From positions 470,434-534,433 of the forward strand of contig NMRA01000121.1 in NCBI GenBank assembly GCA_002633005.1: a stretch of 64,000 nucleotides of DNA. The letters run 5' to 3'. A program made the position numbers and the translations under genes. The notes under the pieces are model-generated. The model made no database searches and was not told the origin of the DNA. It saw nothing but the letters and a program-made list of their open reading frames with translations. Positions 24,301 to 33,809 of this stretch are shown here, in pieces; within the stretch, counting starts at the first letter, position 1, and each line of letters begins with the position of its first letter. This DNA is from Phoronis australis. Taxonomy: Eukaryota > Animalia > Phoronida.

Positions 24301-26938
24301 TGGCGAATGCACAATCCATAGCTCTGAAAGTACCCCGTGAATTTTAATAAAAGGTCCACGTTCTCAAAAATTCGAGCCCCCCATTTTTTAAGCTGGAAAT
24401 GCACAGGATAAGTGAAACCAAAATGCATAGTTCAAGTAATACGTAATATCAGGCCACTGACCTTTGAACTTTCCCAATCTCATTCATAATGAAAAGACCG
24501 ACGGTCGATCGATAAACATTATGACCTACTTGTAAAAGGACGGTGTATTCAGAAAGGTCAACTGCGGTCATATTTTTGTTATTGTTCGAATATTCTCAAT
24601 TGCTGTACCTGTAGTTTAGTGGTAACCGTGGATGATGCTCAGGGTGCTACCCTCACCGGTTGCTCAACTCCTTTGAATGAGTCATTTAGGTATCATCGGT
24701 ACAAAAGTATACCACTGTTTTCCTCTACCACCCATTTTGATAGGAAAGTAATCATCAGTCAGGACCTATCAATTGCGCATGGCAATGACACACACTCGCA
24801 CGCGTAGACACACACACAAGCGCATGCGGTTGTGTTCTCGCTCTGGGAAAGAGGGTCATTATTCCGAGCAAGAGGTGTGCAGGCGGTAGCGTGCAAGGNN
24901 NNNNNNNNNNNNNNNNNNNNNNNNNNNNNNNNNNNNNNNNNNNNNNNNNNNNNNNNNNNNNNNNNNNNNNNNNNNNNNNNNNNNNNNTTATGTTTAACAT
25001 GGTATGGTCAAAGTTTTGGCTTATTTTGTCGCTTCGATCAGTGGAATCGCCGCTAAAAACCCGAAAGTGCATGTGAGAAAACGATAATTTTCGACCAAGC
25101 CTTTCATGTGCGGTTAGTTGCCGATAGACCCAAAAGATATCAATATAATCAAGATTGAAATGCAGGAGTTTGAAGAAAATTAGACAAAATTTTGTATTTA
25201 ACATGGGGTCGCCGAAAATTGCCAATTTTGGCCTTTTGATATCAGTTTATCATCATAGACTACCATTAGTGGGTCTAGTTAATTCGAAGTTTTTGGTTAA
25301 ATCACTGATAATATCCACACCAGTATACTAATAAACGTTTTCTCTATATATAGCAGTTTGATTCCAAAGTTATAAGTAGTGCGTACAACAGGAATTGGCC
25401 CTTGACCGGCCCGGCCCATAGTAGTATGGGAGCTAAAATTCAGCTCTAAAGCAAAGTAGCTGTGTGCGGAAAACTCACCTGAGATGTTTACGATCCACTT
25501 CAGGGAAAAAAACTCGTTGTACCTAACAATAATTTGTTTCCGAGTACTTCGGGCATGGTTTAAAATTGAAAGGGGTCATTACAAGTTGAATTTATGAGAA
25601 TTGTATTGTTGCATTGCGAACTGAAAACTAGTCAATTGAGGTAGTGCGAGATAAGGCAACGTGTCTTGCTTACGAGTGGTGGCTCATGATATTGGCCAGA
25701 CATCTGTAATAATATGTTTTGCCTTTCCTTTTTAACGGAATATATTTGAACTGTGGTAATTTTGGGCAACAAAATGTAGAACAACCTTTCTGGTGCTTCT
25801 CCGTCTCCGGTGAGACACGCGGAGTGAAGCGCTAACTGGTCCATAAGCGATGACCTAGTTTACGCAGAGAACCTGGTGGATGACCTAGTTTACGAATTGC
25901 TGGTAATGTTATCTTAGTACTAGGGCCGATCCTTTTGAGTAGATAGAGGGGCAACCATAAAAAATCGCCCCGGGCATCACCAAACCTCTGCACGCTAATA
26001 TGTGCAGGACGATGCCGCTTCAGTAGAAAGGGGACCTTATTGTCAAAACTCCTGCAAAAGTGGCTCGGGGGGCTAGAATGAGCCCCCCATTTGGCGAAGT
26101 GGGCAAAAAGGTCTTACTCAGTCTGAAAAACAAAAAGTCCGAGAAAATGAGACAAAAGTCCACTATACAAGCACAAACGCGCAAATCACAGAGGTGCCCC
26201 CGTTGTTTTAGTCTGCCCGCTATTTTTAGTCCGCCCGTTTTTGTTACCAAAAGGTCCACAACGTCAGGAATTCAAGTCTCCCCCCATATTGAAGGCTGGG
26301 TGCGCGCATGCTTTGGGAGTCCGAAACCACAAATGTACAGAAGTGTCTTTAACAATATCTGTTTTTAAAACTTTGGTTGCAAAGACTCGTGTTTAACAGC
26401 ATGGCATCTGTAGTTGCGCTGTTTCAAACTTGGCTAGTTACAATTCAGATATCCAAGAAAGTCGGGATTAGGTTTGTGAAATTGATTCCCACTAGAAGTT
26501 TTTTTCTTTCTGGAACAAAACCTTACAAAACGGTGACTTTTTCATGGAAGTGTCGGTCGATTTTCCAGGTGCATTTCTAAACGGATGTGTTTCCGAATTT
26601 TCCAGCTGCACTCGGTGAAGAACATGAGCTGCGTACCGCGGGGCTCTCGCCCCTCTTGGAAGTCTCGTATGTTTGTGTCCCTCTCTAACCACCCACAGGC
26701 AAGTGCGAAGTAATTCAGTTGTTCCTACATCTACTGCGCAATCTAAACCTTTTCTTACAACTAATAAACTTCCAGGTGATTTGGTAGACTGTTGTTTCCG
26801 ATACGCCCCGTTTCACTCCGGATTACGGTCCTTGGTGTTCTTCAATGTCAAGCCGATGAAGTCCTAAGACAAAATAAAAGAACTCACCTCGAAAAGGGGG
26901 ATAATTTGTGGCTTGCCTGTTGATGGACTACAACCCAT
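72..26938 (-). CDS. Spliced gene: cholesterol oxidase-like GMC oxidoreductase fused to alpha/beta-hydrolase (20 coding exons, ~1257 aa)
   Basis: Exons 26888-26938, 20618-20867, 19069-19595, 17325-17485, 16994-17145, 13401-13603, 12371-12532, 12015-12195, 9613-9783, 8917-9144, 8323-8535, 6651-6837, 6054-6223, 5500-5637, 4728-4843, 4103-4231, 3594-3708, 2784-2958, 2396-2588, 72-323. All junctions are GT-AG and phase-consistent; the 19 exons after the first sum to 3723 nt, in frame to TAA. Motifs: VVVGSGYGG (FAD), [57 protein letters not shown]. The first exon is less certain. Confidence 0.9.
2396..2588 (-). CDS. GMC-hydrolase exon 19
   Basis: LFEQRRLTGFKDGDDDLYMPG...LGRLNVPMILLMSELNGVYKSPDTLK; phase 2 to 0. 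Confidence 0.85.
2784..2958 (-). CDS. GMC-hydrolase exon 18
   Basis: VADTVSADENECKNSICHKLTLAYGLLWEHSQLNNDTHRTFHEMFG. Confidence 0.87.
3296..3352. repeat. Two-copy tandem repeat of about 30 bp
   Basis: gcaagcaacgggatagcc occurs twice, 30 nt apart. Confidence 0.8.
3594..3708 (-). CDS. GMC-hydrolase exon 17
   Basis: VKVGLKLSSFFESFALEAMDIYDDDLSLLDRLLQKLSK; cag|...|gtaag. Confidence 0.82.
4103..4231 (-). CDS. GMC-hydrolase exon 16 (nucleophile elbow)
   Basis: ILCHCMGASTFWMSRLGGFLDGKIRCVANSQGSITPYPTVLNK. Confidence 0.87.
4728..4843 (-). CDS. GMC-hydrolase exon 15
   Basis: APYRAEARKPFTLDDVAKYDIPSAVDRVLKETNHKDVE (lipase-like DxxxYDIP segment). Confidence 0.87.
5500..5637 (-). CDS. GMC-hydrolase exon 14 (hydrolase start)
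   Basis: [45 protein letters not shown]. Confidence 0.9.
6054..6223 (-). CDS. GMC-hydrolase exon 13
   Basis: ILYRKTY...RVKRPLNLPDHAQPVVYQVLTEDDTVNNLIRYQ. Confidence 0.82.
6651..6837 (-). CDS. GMC-hydrolase exon 12
   Basis: ADKIGQGLIKMPFASLLNSLTTLEIT...AQFFKLFLGEIYNTY. Confidence 0.85.
7585..7918. mobile_element. MITE with 25-bp perfect terminal inverted repeats
   Basis: cagcctcgtccccaagcctcaagat ... atcttgaggcttggggacgaggctg; flanks gctaccttg / gtgaccttg resemble a decayed 9-bp TSD. Confidence 0.75.
8323..8535 (-). CDS. GMC-hydrolase exon 11
   Basis: TVQMFTSD...HMKYRLRL...YFFYGEKNI...ADTTTLVYSIYKG. Confidence 0.85.
8917..9144 (-). CDS. GMC-hydrolase exon 10 (middle domain start)
   Basis: TIDWSAIKTPGFRVEETMKGSF...DPNHQALVDGVVKCPLLSKQPVTAK. 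Confidence 0.87.
9613..9783 (-). CDS. GMC-hydrolase exon 9 (GMC C-terminus)
   Basis: [30 protein letters not shown]. Confidence 0.92.
10453..10586. repeat. Fold-back element with internal hairpin
   Basis: acaaaacgtacctcgagtggcgtagat / atctacgctactcgaggtacgttttgt, enclosing tcgacc-ttgagtctc-ggtcga. Confidence 0.65.
12015..12195 (-). CDS. GMC-hydrolase exon 8 (GMC catalytic His)
   Basis: [29 protein letters not shown]. Confidence 0.92.
12371..12532 (-). CDS. GMC-hydrolase exon 7
   Basis: GDVAEKTLGLLAMSHD...SGRIKLDKDGVKIEWPDSGKSPNYKRIDE. Confidence 0.87.
12857..13287. mobile_element. MITE with imperfect TIRs of about 50 bp
   Basis: ggttgcatgacacagccccaaatagggactc ... gagtccctatttgggactgtttcatgcaacc. 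Confidence 0.7.
13401..13603 (-). CDS. GMC-hydrolase exon 6
   Basis: GPCITSILDLRD...LIIEDTTVATAL. Confidence 0.87.
13735..13960. repeat. Degenerate minisatellite (about 15-bp unit, core agtccgaagg)
   Basis: Repeated variants gtcgaagg, agttcgaa, agtccgaagg, agtctgaagg, agttcgaagg. Confidence 0.55.
15639..16485 (+). mobile_element. Decayed THAP-carrying element, paralog of 50439-51058
   Basis: 15645-16090 aligns by eye to the reverse complement of 50580-51050. MKRCICGGCSNSN...FKYP...CSAHF with in-frame stops. Right end approximate. Confidence 0.7.
16994..17145 (-). CDS. GMC-hydrolase exon 5
   Basis: SKEKGLNISDTIGMGFSGNGDQLGFSY. Confidence 0.9.
17325..17485 (-). CDS. GMC-hydrolase exon 4
   Basis: VRADIVILGAGSLGSTEILAR (GMC signature-2-like). 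Confidence 0.9.
19069..19595 (-). CDS. GMC-hydrolase exon 3
   Basis: GLYEF...[14 protein letters not shown]...CNGCGNCVTGCNTGAKNTLDRNYLPDAKYHGADIFTQ. Confidence 0.93.
20618..20867 (-). CDS. GMC-hydrolase exon 2 (FAD-binding Rossmann motif)
   Basis: YDVVVVGSGYGGSIAASRAARAGKSVCVLERGKEWLPGNFP. Confidence 0.93.
21461..21616. mobile_element. MITE family copy (inverted copy at 61689-61842; degenerate copy at ~7490-7573)
   Basis: ctcccgttcagtaacgctaggacctc...ttgaacgcacgccagg matches the reverse complement of 61689-61842. Confidence 0.8.
24150..24400 (+). mobile_element. Dispersed non-autonomous element (same family at 26080-26310 and inverted at 39777-40034)
   Basis: Shared core atttggcgaagtggg...gagacaaaagtc...aaaaggtccac. 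Confidence 0.7.
24899..24987. other. Assembly gap
   Basis: Run of N. Confidence 0.99.
26080..26310 (+). mobile_element. Dispersed non-autonomous element, second copy
   Basis: Same core; ends ctgggtgcgcgcatg. Confidence 0.7.
26888..26938 (-). CDS. Probable first coding exon of the GMC-hydrolase gene (MGCSPSTGKPQIIPLFE)
   Basis: Good Kozak context (gctATGG). Strong donor GAG|gtgagt in phase 0 matches the phase-0 acceptor at 20867. MGCxxS acylation motif. Confidence 0.6.
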
Positions 26939-27849
26939 AGCGGAGAAACCCAAGCACGTTTGTTGCTATAGTGTATTATAGACACGGATTCAGCTGCTCT
27001 TGAACATCGATCAAAATGTTATATTAGCGACACTGTAGAATTTATAAAACCTACTAAGCGTGTGGATAAAAAGAAAAGGCAATTGTCCATCGCCCGGGGC
27101 AACAAAGGGAAATACTCGTAAACACACCTACAACAAACAATTCGATTGGACAACAGGTCAGGGCAAGGGCAGCTGAGCCGATTATTCAGCGTCATCGCTG
27201 TAGCATGGCGATGCACTTCATGGTGGAAGAAATGTTTATATTTACAAATATTCGTAAATATAAAAATCGTACGCGTGTAATTGATTCGGTAACCATGGGG
27301 ACATGGAAGTACACACAATCTTCTCCACAGTTCTACATAAAAACAAGCTTTGTGTTCATGAATAATCCACAATTTGGTTAGTCGTTCTTGCAGATTGGTA
27401 CTGTAATCCTTTTGACAAATAATCTATATTTCTGCACAACATATCGAGATGTAAATTACACCCATAAATAATTATTAACACCGTTAAGGGAGTTCGAGAC
27501 AATTTAGATTTTTAGTTAATTTTCTCTCCTTTTTTGCCAATGAGCTACAAATCTGCAAGGATTGGGGGTCACCGAATTATTTCATTTTCCGTTACACATA
27601 CGAGGTAAACAAAGGCACCTGCCGCAATTTTGTGAATCTTACAAGGGCTATTGATAAACCACCTCTACGTCAGACTCTGGGGAGCGATTACGTAGAAACT
27701 GGGTTAGAGCGAGCAACTGAAGGACCAGAAAAAGTAGACAGGAATAAAATAAAGGAACAACCTGAAACTCTAATTGCAAATCCTCAAAATATGCAGAATT
27801 TTAAAATTTAACTTCCTTTAGGTACATTCGCCAACAATATGGGAACAGT

Positions 27850-27912
27850 GAGCAGAGGAATCGAACCCACGAACCCCGCATCAGCACCTAAACACTTTAC
27901 TGCGGAGCCAAA
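27850..27912 (-). mobile_element. tRNA-derived SINE head (degenerate)
   Basis: Minus strand reads tggctccgcagtaaag...ggttcgattcc (A-box/B-box-like); no complete cloverleaf. Confidence 0.45.
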
Positions 27913-28859
27913 TTGCAAACGAGCTTATTCAAATGGTAAAGACATGGTAAAAGTCTGGCAGACAACGGCAAGAATTGACGATTTCTAATAAAACCAAAAA
28001 CGCAACAGATTTGCTTGTTTTGTAGCTAACGTCAAAGCTAATAACTTCAAAAATACATTTCAGTCATCAAAAATCCCAAAACTGTGTTTTTCGACCGCAA
28101 AAACGACAATGTCTCTTTTAGAAGAATACATGTCTTCAGCATAACTCGAGATTTCAATTCGATTACAGTGTTTTAACACTGAAGTTCTCTTTCCTACGTG
28201 AGCTATCAATAGCGTGTATGGTTATCTTTCACAAATGGAATAATTTACTTTTACGAGCGTGTATAAACGCACTGATAGGTGGTTACAGATAGCTCCACCT
28301 GTGGTGGTATTTTCCGACAAAAAAGCATCTAGAGAACTCCGAATGCTAAGTGGTCCGTGTGACAAAATACCATACAAACTAATAAAACATGGCGTCGCTT
28401 TCGTAAAATGTAACAATGGTACATTTCTTGCATGTGCATTTTAGGAGAGGCCTGGCAACGTCAAATGTAACATGCCGTGAAGTGTAACAGTTGTTACATT
28501 TTACTTCACATGGGCACCAGCTAGTGTATGGTAATCAGCTCTCGCTATGTTTACGCTAGAGATGGGAAGTTGGCCTAGTGATACATGCTCGAGTTAGGAA
28601 ACAAAAGATTACGCAAAAGCTGTGCTGTAATCAATGCTTTTTAAGTATCATTTTTTATTGTCACCAAATTTTTAATCTTAAATATCACATTTGATTTTTT
28701 GTTGAATGTCGATTTTTACAGCTATTTCGCCGTGTACAATTGTGACGGTGATGATACCACGCAGCACATACACGCAATGTGTTTTACCATACCTTGAATT
28801 CACATGTACAGATCTATTCATGAATGTACGTTTTACTTGTGTAGCTGTTGTGAACAAAG

Positions 28860-29170
28860 TTCTCATGTTAGTAGATCTTGAAGTCGAATGCTGTGCAAAC
28901 AGATTGTGACAAAGAAAGCGCAGTGGCCTTGGCATCTGGAATATAGCAGCTTCTGTGAGACACATGCCTCAGTCACACACTATATTGTCTTCTAGCAAAT
29001 GGAGTCTAATACACACCTCTTTTTATGTATCCAGTTCTTGACCCTGTACTGTACGCAGATCTTCAAATCAGTGATGTTCGACCTGGTACATGGAGGAGTA
29101 GTGTTCGTAGGCAGAAAAGTTCAATGTCCTTTAATTGACGTGCAGAGTAAATACGCCCGATGAAATTCTT
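28860..29170 (-). mobile_element. Helitron RepHel coding remnant
   Basis: With a frameshift and stops, translates as IGRIYS...ELFCLRTLLLHVPGRTS/FEDLRTVQG...EVCIRLHLLEDN...CLTEAAIFQMPRPLR, the conserved Rep-helicase linker; weaker similarity may extend to ~29640. Confidence 0.75.
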
Positions 29171-29825
29171 GTCCCTCTTTTCTATTACGAAGATTTGAAC
29201 CAGTAATTGAGATCTTTAATCAATTATTTACCAAAAAAGGTATTTCCAGAGTTGTTTTTTAAGCATCCGGTACCTGTAAACGAGAAAAGAAAAACAACGT
29301 AAGATCAAGTACAATTTGTTGCCATTTTGATATACCAGTGTTCTCCACGACGTCATCACTTCAACAGGTTTGCCGATGTTCCCATCAGATTTTTTATAAA
29401 CTGCAACATACGGGCTTTGTTTGCCCAAAACAAAAAAGACTGGTTACCAGATCGAGTAGAGTTATTCTTTCTGATTTTCAGTTGTAGAGAACATAGCCAG
29501 ACAGCTAGCTGTATGAAGTCTGTCGTCAAAATACAGCTCATGTAGTATGTACCACTGTGCTGAGTTCCGTTAGACCCCAAAATTTCACACAGTGAACCTG
29601 GTACTTATGCTCGTCACCTCGTCATGAAACTTATGTCGACATAACTAACGACCGGCTGGAGTGCATGCAAAATCTGGGAGTCAAACCATACTCACCTTTG
29701 CCCGTTACAGCCGTTCAGCTGAAAAAGCAGTCTAATATGAACGTAACTTGCATAATTCTCCGCCTTTTGTACCTATGAAAAGAATGTCGTCGTTTTGAAA
29801 ATAGTACGCTAGTCGAAAGAAGAAC

Positions 29826-30016
29826 AGGGTCCTCTTCCAAGAAACTGACTTAAGTCCATTTTTTACTTAAGTCTAAGATTTGTCTTAAGTTCCAAACTTT
29901 GAAACATCCACACTTGAAGAGTTAGTCAAAATTAAGACAAAATTTAGGTCATACACTTAAGTCAAACTTAAGATCTCTTCATTGAATCTAAGTCACTTTT
30001 TTGGAACGCACCCCAG
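29826..30016. mobile_element. Palindromic MITE with internal acttaagt motifs
   Basis: cagggtcctcttccaagaaactgactta ... taagtcacttttttggaacgcaccccag. Confidence 0.6.
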
Positions 30017-30679
30017 TTCATTGAAGAATCGAGGAAAAAAAGAAATTTGTCAATAGGCAACGCAATATTTCATGGCGCCAAAAGCCGACGCAAAAGATCG
30101 CACCACAATTTTAACAGCACAATAACGGTAGAACGCCAGTCATCCAGTGCAGAGAAAGTAGTCCATAGCACGAGACTTGTTTGTCAGTAGTTATTTGTCA
30201 ATAGACCAGTTACTTCACGTCTTGCACGTGTGCTTATTGTACATCGTACATGTACACATGTGGTACAAAATTATTTATCATTGTTTCTGTTTAATCATAA
30301 AGAACTCACAAATTGCTCTCTAATGATATGATTCTTATGCAATTTGGTTGAAAAACGGCGGAGTTGCGAAAAGTTTAATGATATTAAATTCCATAAAAAG
30401 TACACACACCGGAACAAACAAATGCAAACAACTCTAACGCATGCGCGGCGCAACCTCAACGGCCGCGAGATTGGAGTTGGCATTCCAAGACCAGAGTTCT
30501 ATGTCCGAACATAACTCTCTTATTTCTTAATTTTAACAATTTGTTTACCGTTTTTTCATGATCATAGCTTGCTTCAAAAGACAATTAAATTTAGCAAAGG
30601 TAGGTATAATAATTGTTTGTTGCAGTGTGTTACTTTAGATGACATAAGGAACTGATGCCCTCTGATTGTCTTCCGACAA

Positions 30680-31135
30680 CTACATGGAGACCGCGGTAAC
30701 TTAGACAGACGTTAATACTTACTAATTTAGAAGAAATAAGCGACTGAAGCCCTCAGATTGCCTCCCGTCGGCCATTTCTGACGTTTTGATTTCGGCTCGC
30801 AGTGCTACATGGAGACCGCGGTAACTTAGACAGACCTACACAGGCCTTAAATTTTTCTCATTCATTTTGCAAGTTCTGTTGACTTGATCTTTTAGCTACA
30901 AAACGGTGTCCGGGATTTTTAAGGCCTTTGATCCCGGGAACTCGGCTGTCAAAAATCAAGACCACCAAACTTTTCCCGGAAAGTCGATATCTTGATTTTC
31001 GACAGTCGAGATCTCAGGCTCAAAGACCTAAAAAATCTTAGACGTCGTTTTGTAGCTAATAGACAAAATAAACAGAATTTACTACCCTTCTGGAAAAAAA
31101 TGACACCTGTAGAAGTTATGGCGGTCTCCATGGAA
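30680..31135. mobile_element. Fold-back MITE with duplicated left terminus
   Basis: Exact 31-bp direct repeat at 30680-30710 and 30805-30835; inverted counterpart at 31113-31132; internal inverted arms. Confidence 0.65.
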
Positions 31136-32461
31136 AATCACGATATTTTACGAAGAAACGTGGTCACGGTATTGCAAACGTTCGAGCAACACTTTCGTCC
31201 ACATTGTCGACTTTCCTGATTATCAATGATTCGAAAAATATATGTTGTTAATTACTGAAAATCAATATTTCAAAAGATATTAAAAAAGAAACTGGCCTTC
31301 GTTAACGAAGGTAGGACCTTATGACTAGAGTTGCCACTGGAGAACGAACTCCAGTTAGACGTTTGTTTACCCAAAGTTCATTTCATCAATCACAAAATGG
31401 TAATTGCAGACTGAGGATACGGATAATCCAAACCGGTCAACCAGTTTGCCTATGAGATGACCACAGAGGCGACTCAACTGACGATTCCTAGCACACCAGC
31501 AATGGTCTGCTTGCGGTCGGCTAGACGAGCGGTCGATCCTCGACTTATTTCAGATAGGTCGGACAAAATTCGTGATCTGTGTTCTGTACGTCTTTACTTG
31601 CTGCCGTTATTGTTTGAATTCTGTTTCTCGAATAGTTTATTAGCCGAATCAGAAATCTAGCTATGAATAGTAAGAAGTTATTTTTTTTGTCTACGTTTCT
31701 CCGAAACGTTTTTTCTTCTGCCCTCACCGAGCATACTGTAAATTTCTGTCTTTTGATTTCAGCAATTTCCATAAAACAGGTTAAGCCATGCGTAAAGTGT
31801 CTTTTATCCGAAAGCCAAAAAACAAAAGCTATGAGACTCATCGAGATGCAGGCCCCTGCAGTTGTAGAGAACAGGCTAGCACTGGGCCTGAGTCATTACG
31901 TCACTTCAAAAACTGAAAATAGAGCTGAAGTATGTTATACATTGGTTACCAAGACAACATTTAGTAAGACTAGTGATTATTATTCACGATTTAATTCTAA
32001 ACATGGGGAGTAAAGCGAAACCGTACCAGTGATCTCTCCAACCGAAGTGTACCCCATTTGTCGGTAAGCCAACTCAAGAACATGAGTTATACTTTGTCTG
32101 GGACACGCTTACCACTCAACCCACGATTGTTGGGAAGTTCTGCACCGAGAGTGACCGACACCCTTCACGACAACATATCCGACATAGGATTTCATAAATT
32201 AATTCATCCCAAAGCACTTTCCATACAGAAGCAACATTTTGAACACTTCTTTCCAGAATTCAAAGATAATTGATATCAATACAATGTTTGTAGATAAAGC
32301 AAAATCCGACGATCCATATCACACCTATAGCATATCCGAAAGGCATGTTGACACGACAAGGGAAATTTTCTGAAAGCTTTACACAAACTCACCAAATCTT
32401 TTTGGCTCTCTTCCACATTCTGGTCTGATTTCTGGACGAATATGTAGCTGCATAATATATG

Positions 32462-32580
32462 TGCACACATACACACAAACACGCATGCACACGCACTCAC
32501 ACACACACAGGTCGCACGCGCGTACAAACACACACACATACAAACAAAGACACACACACACATGCAAACACACACACACG
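32462..32580. repeat. Imperfect (CA)n microsatellite
   Basis: CA/CG-rich run next to a pyrimidine tract and the gap. Confidence 0.9.
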
Positions 32581-32789
32581 GTCAGGCAGTTGGTCTTGGC
32601 GACCCTCGAAATCAAACTCACGCCTGCATAACTGACAGAGACCACGTGATGAGGTCAAATCGACACCCACAACCTCTACTCTCCCCTCCCTACGTCCGTC
32701 TCTCCCCCGCCTCCCCGTCTCCATCAACTCCTTCATTTACCTCCTTCCCCTTTCCAATCCCTTTCTGTCCCATCTCGTTCTCTCCTCCT

Positions 32790-33292
32790 NNNNNNNNNNN
32801 NNNNNNNNNNNNNNNNNNNNNNNNNNNNNNNNNNNNNNNNNNNNNNNNNNNNNNNNNNNNNNNNNNNNNNNNNNNNNNNNNNNNNNNNNNNNNNNNNNNN
32901 NNNNNNNNNNNNNNNNNNNNNNNNNNNNNNNNNNNNNNNNNNNNNNNNNNNNNNNNNNNNNNNNNNNNNNNNNNNNNNNNNNNNNNNNNNNNNNNNNNNN
33001 NNNNNNNNNNNNNNNNNNNNNNNNNNNNNNNNNNNNNNNNNNNNNNNNNNNNNNNNNNNNNNNNNNNNNNNNNNNNNNNNNNNNNNNNNNNNNNNNNNNN
33101 NNNNNNNNNNNNNNNNNNNNNNNNNNNNNNNNNNNNNNNNNNNNNNNNNNNNNNNNNNNNNNNNNNNNNNNNNNNNNNNNNNNNNNNNNNNNNNNNNNNN
33201 NNNNNNNNNNNNNNNNNNNNNNNNNNNNNNNNNNNNNNNNNNNNNNNNNNNNNNNNNNNNNNNNNNNNNNNNNNNNNNNNNNNNNNNNNNNN
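32790..33292. other. Assembly gap in CT-rich low-complexity sequence
   Basis: Run of N. Confidence 0.99.
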
Positions 33293-33686
33293 TCTCTCCC
33301 CCTCCCCCCTCTCTCTAGCTCTTCCTCTTTCCTCCTCCTCCTTTCTCCCTCACAGCACAGAAATTTAGAAGACAACAAGCACTAATCTGCCAACTAAACG
33401 AAAAAATAATTACCAAACAAGCTCTGTGTCAAATACATTGTCACCATACGCTTTCCTGAATTTTCATCAATTTAGAGCATGTGATTTTGTGAGCCGAAAG
33501 ATTGCTCGCATATTTTAAACAATATACATGTCTGTCGTAAATGTACGCTTCGACAAGTAAAAGTCAAATAGTGATTCTTTATTTTTAAAACAGCAGTCCT
33601 GTTTCTCCCTCCCTCAGCCACCCTACCCCTCTCGCCCTCCCTCTCTCCAGCCTCCCTCGTGAATTGGACCAGTCCTGGGCACTTAC

Positions 33687-33809
33687 CTCCCTTACAAACG
33701 AAAGCTTTCTTTAAAAAACATTCTGCAACAATCCACCTGTCATAACTGCCTTTTTTCGAAGCCACACAGAGGCCTTTACTTCCCGCGCCAAAGGAGCTGT
33801 CGGGAAACC
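33687..33809 (-). CDS. C-type lectin domain exon 3
   Basis: FPDSSFGAGSKGLCVASKKGSYDRWIVAECFLKKAFVCKG. Confidence 0.8.

Noticed and set aside
25479-25522. Exon-like segment ag|VQRVFFPEVDRKHL|gtgagt between GMC exons 1 and 2
   Set aside because: 44 nt long, so it would shift the frame; I found no compensating exon.
26847-26875. gccgatgaagtcctaagacaaaa as another hammerhead
   Set aside because: Both core boxes are mutated and no stems form.
72-26938. Bacterial contamination as the source of the cholesterol-oxidase-like sequence
   Set aside because: The gene has 19 spliceosomal introns containing host repeat families and is linked to metazoan astacin and lectin genes.
27850-27912. Functional tRNA gene
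   Set aside because: Only A/B-box-like motifs; acceptor and anticodon stems do not form.
29356-29598. Possible last exon of the lectin gene (GSLCEILGSNGTQHSG...)
   Set aside because: Better explained as a continuation of the decayed Helitron coding sequence.
32562-33378. Long ORFs spanning the N gap
   Set aside because: Artefacts of Ns and low-complexity sequence.
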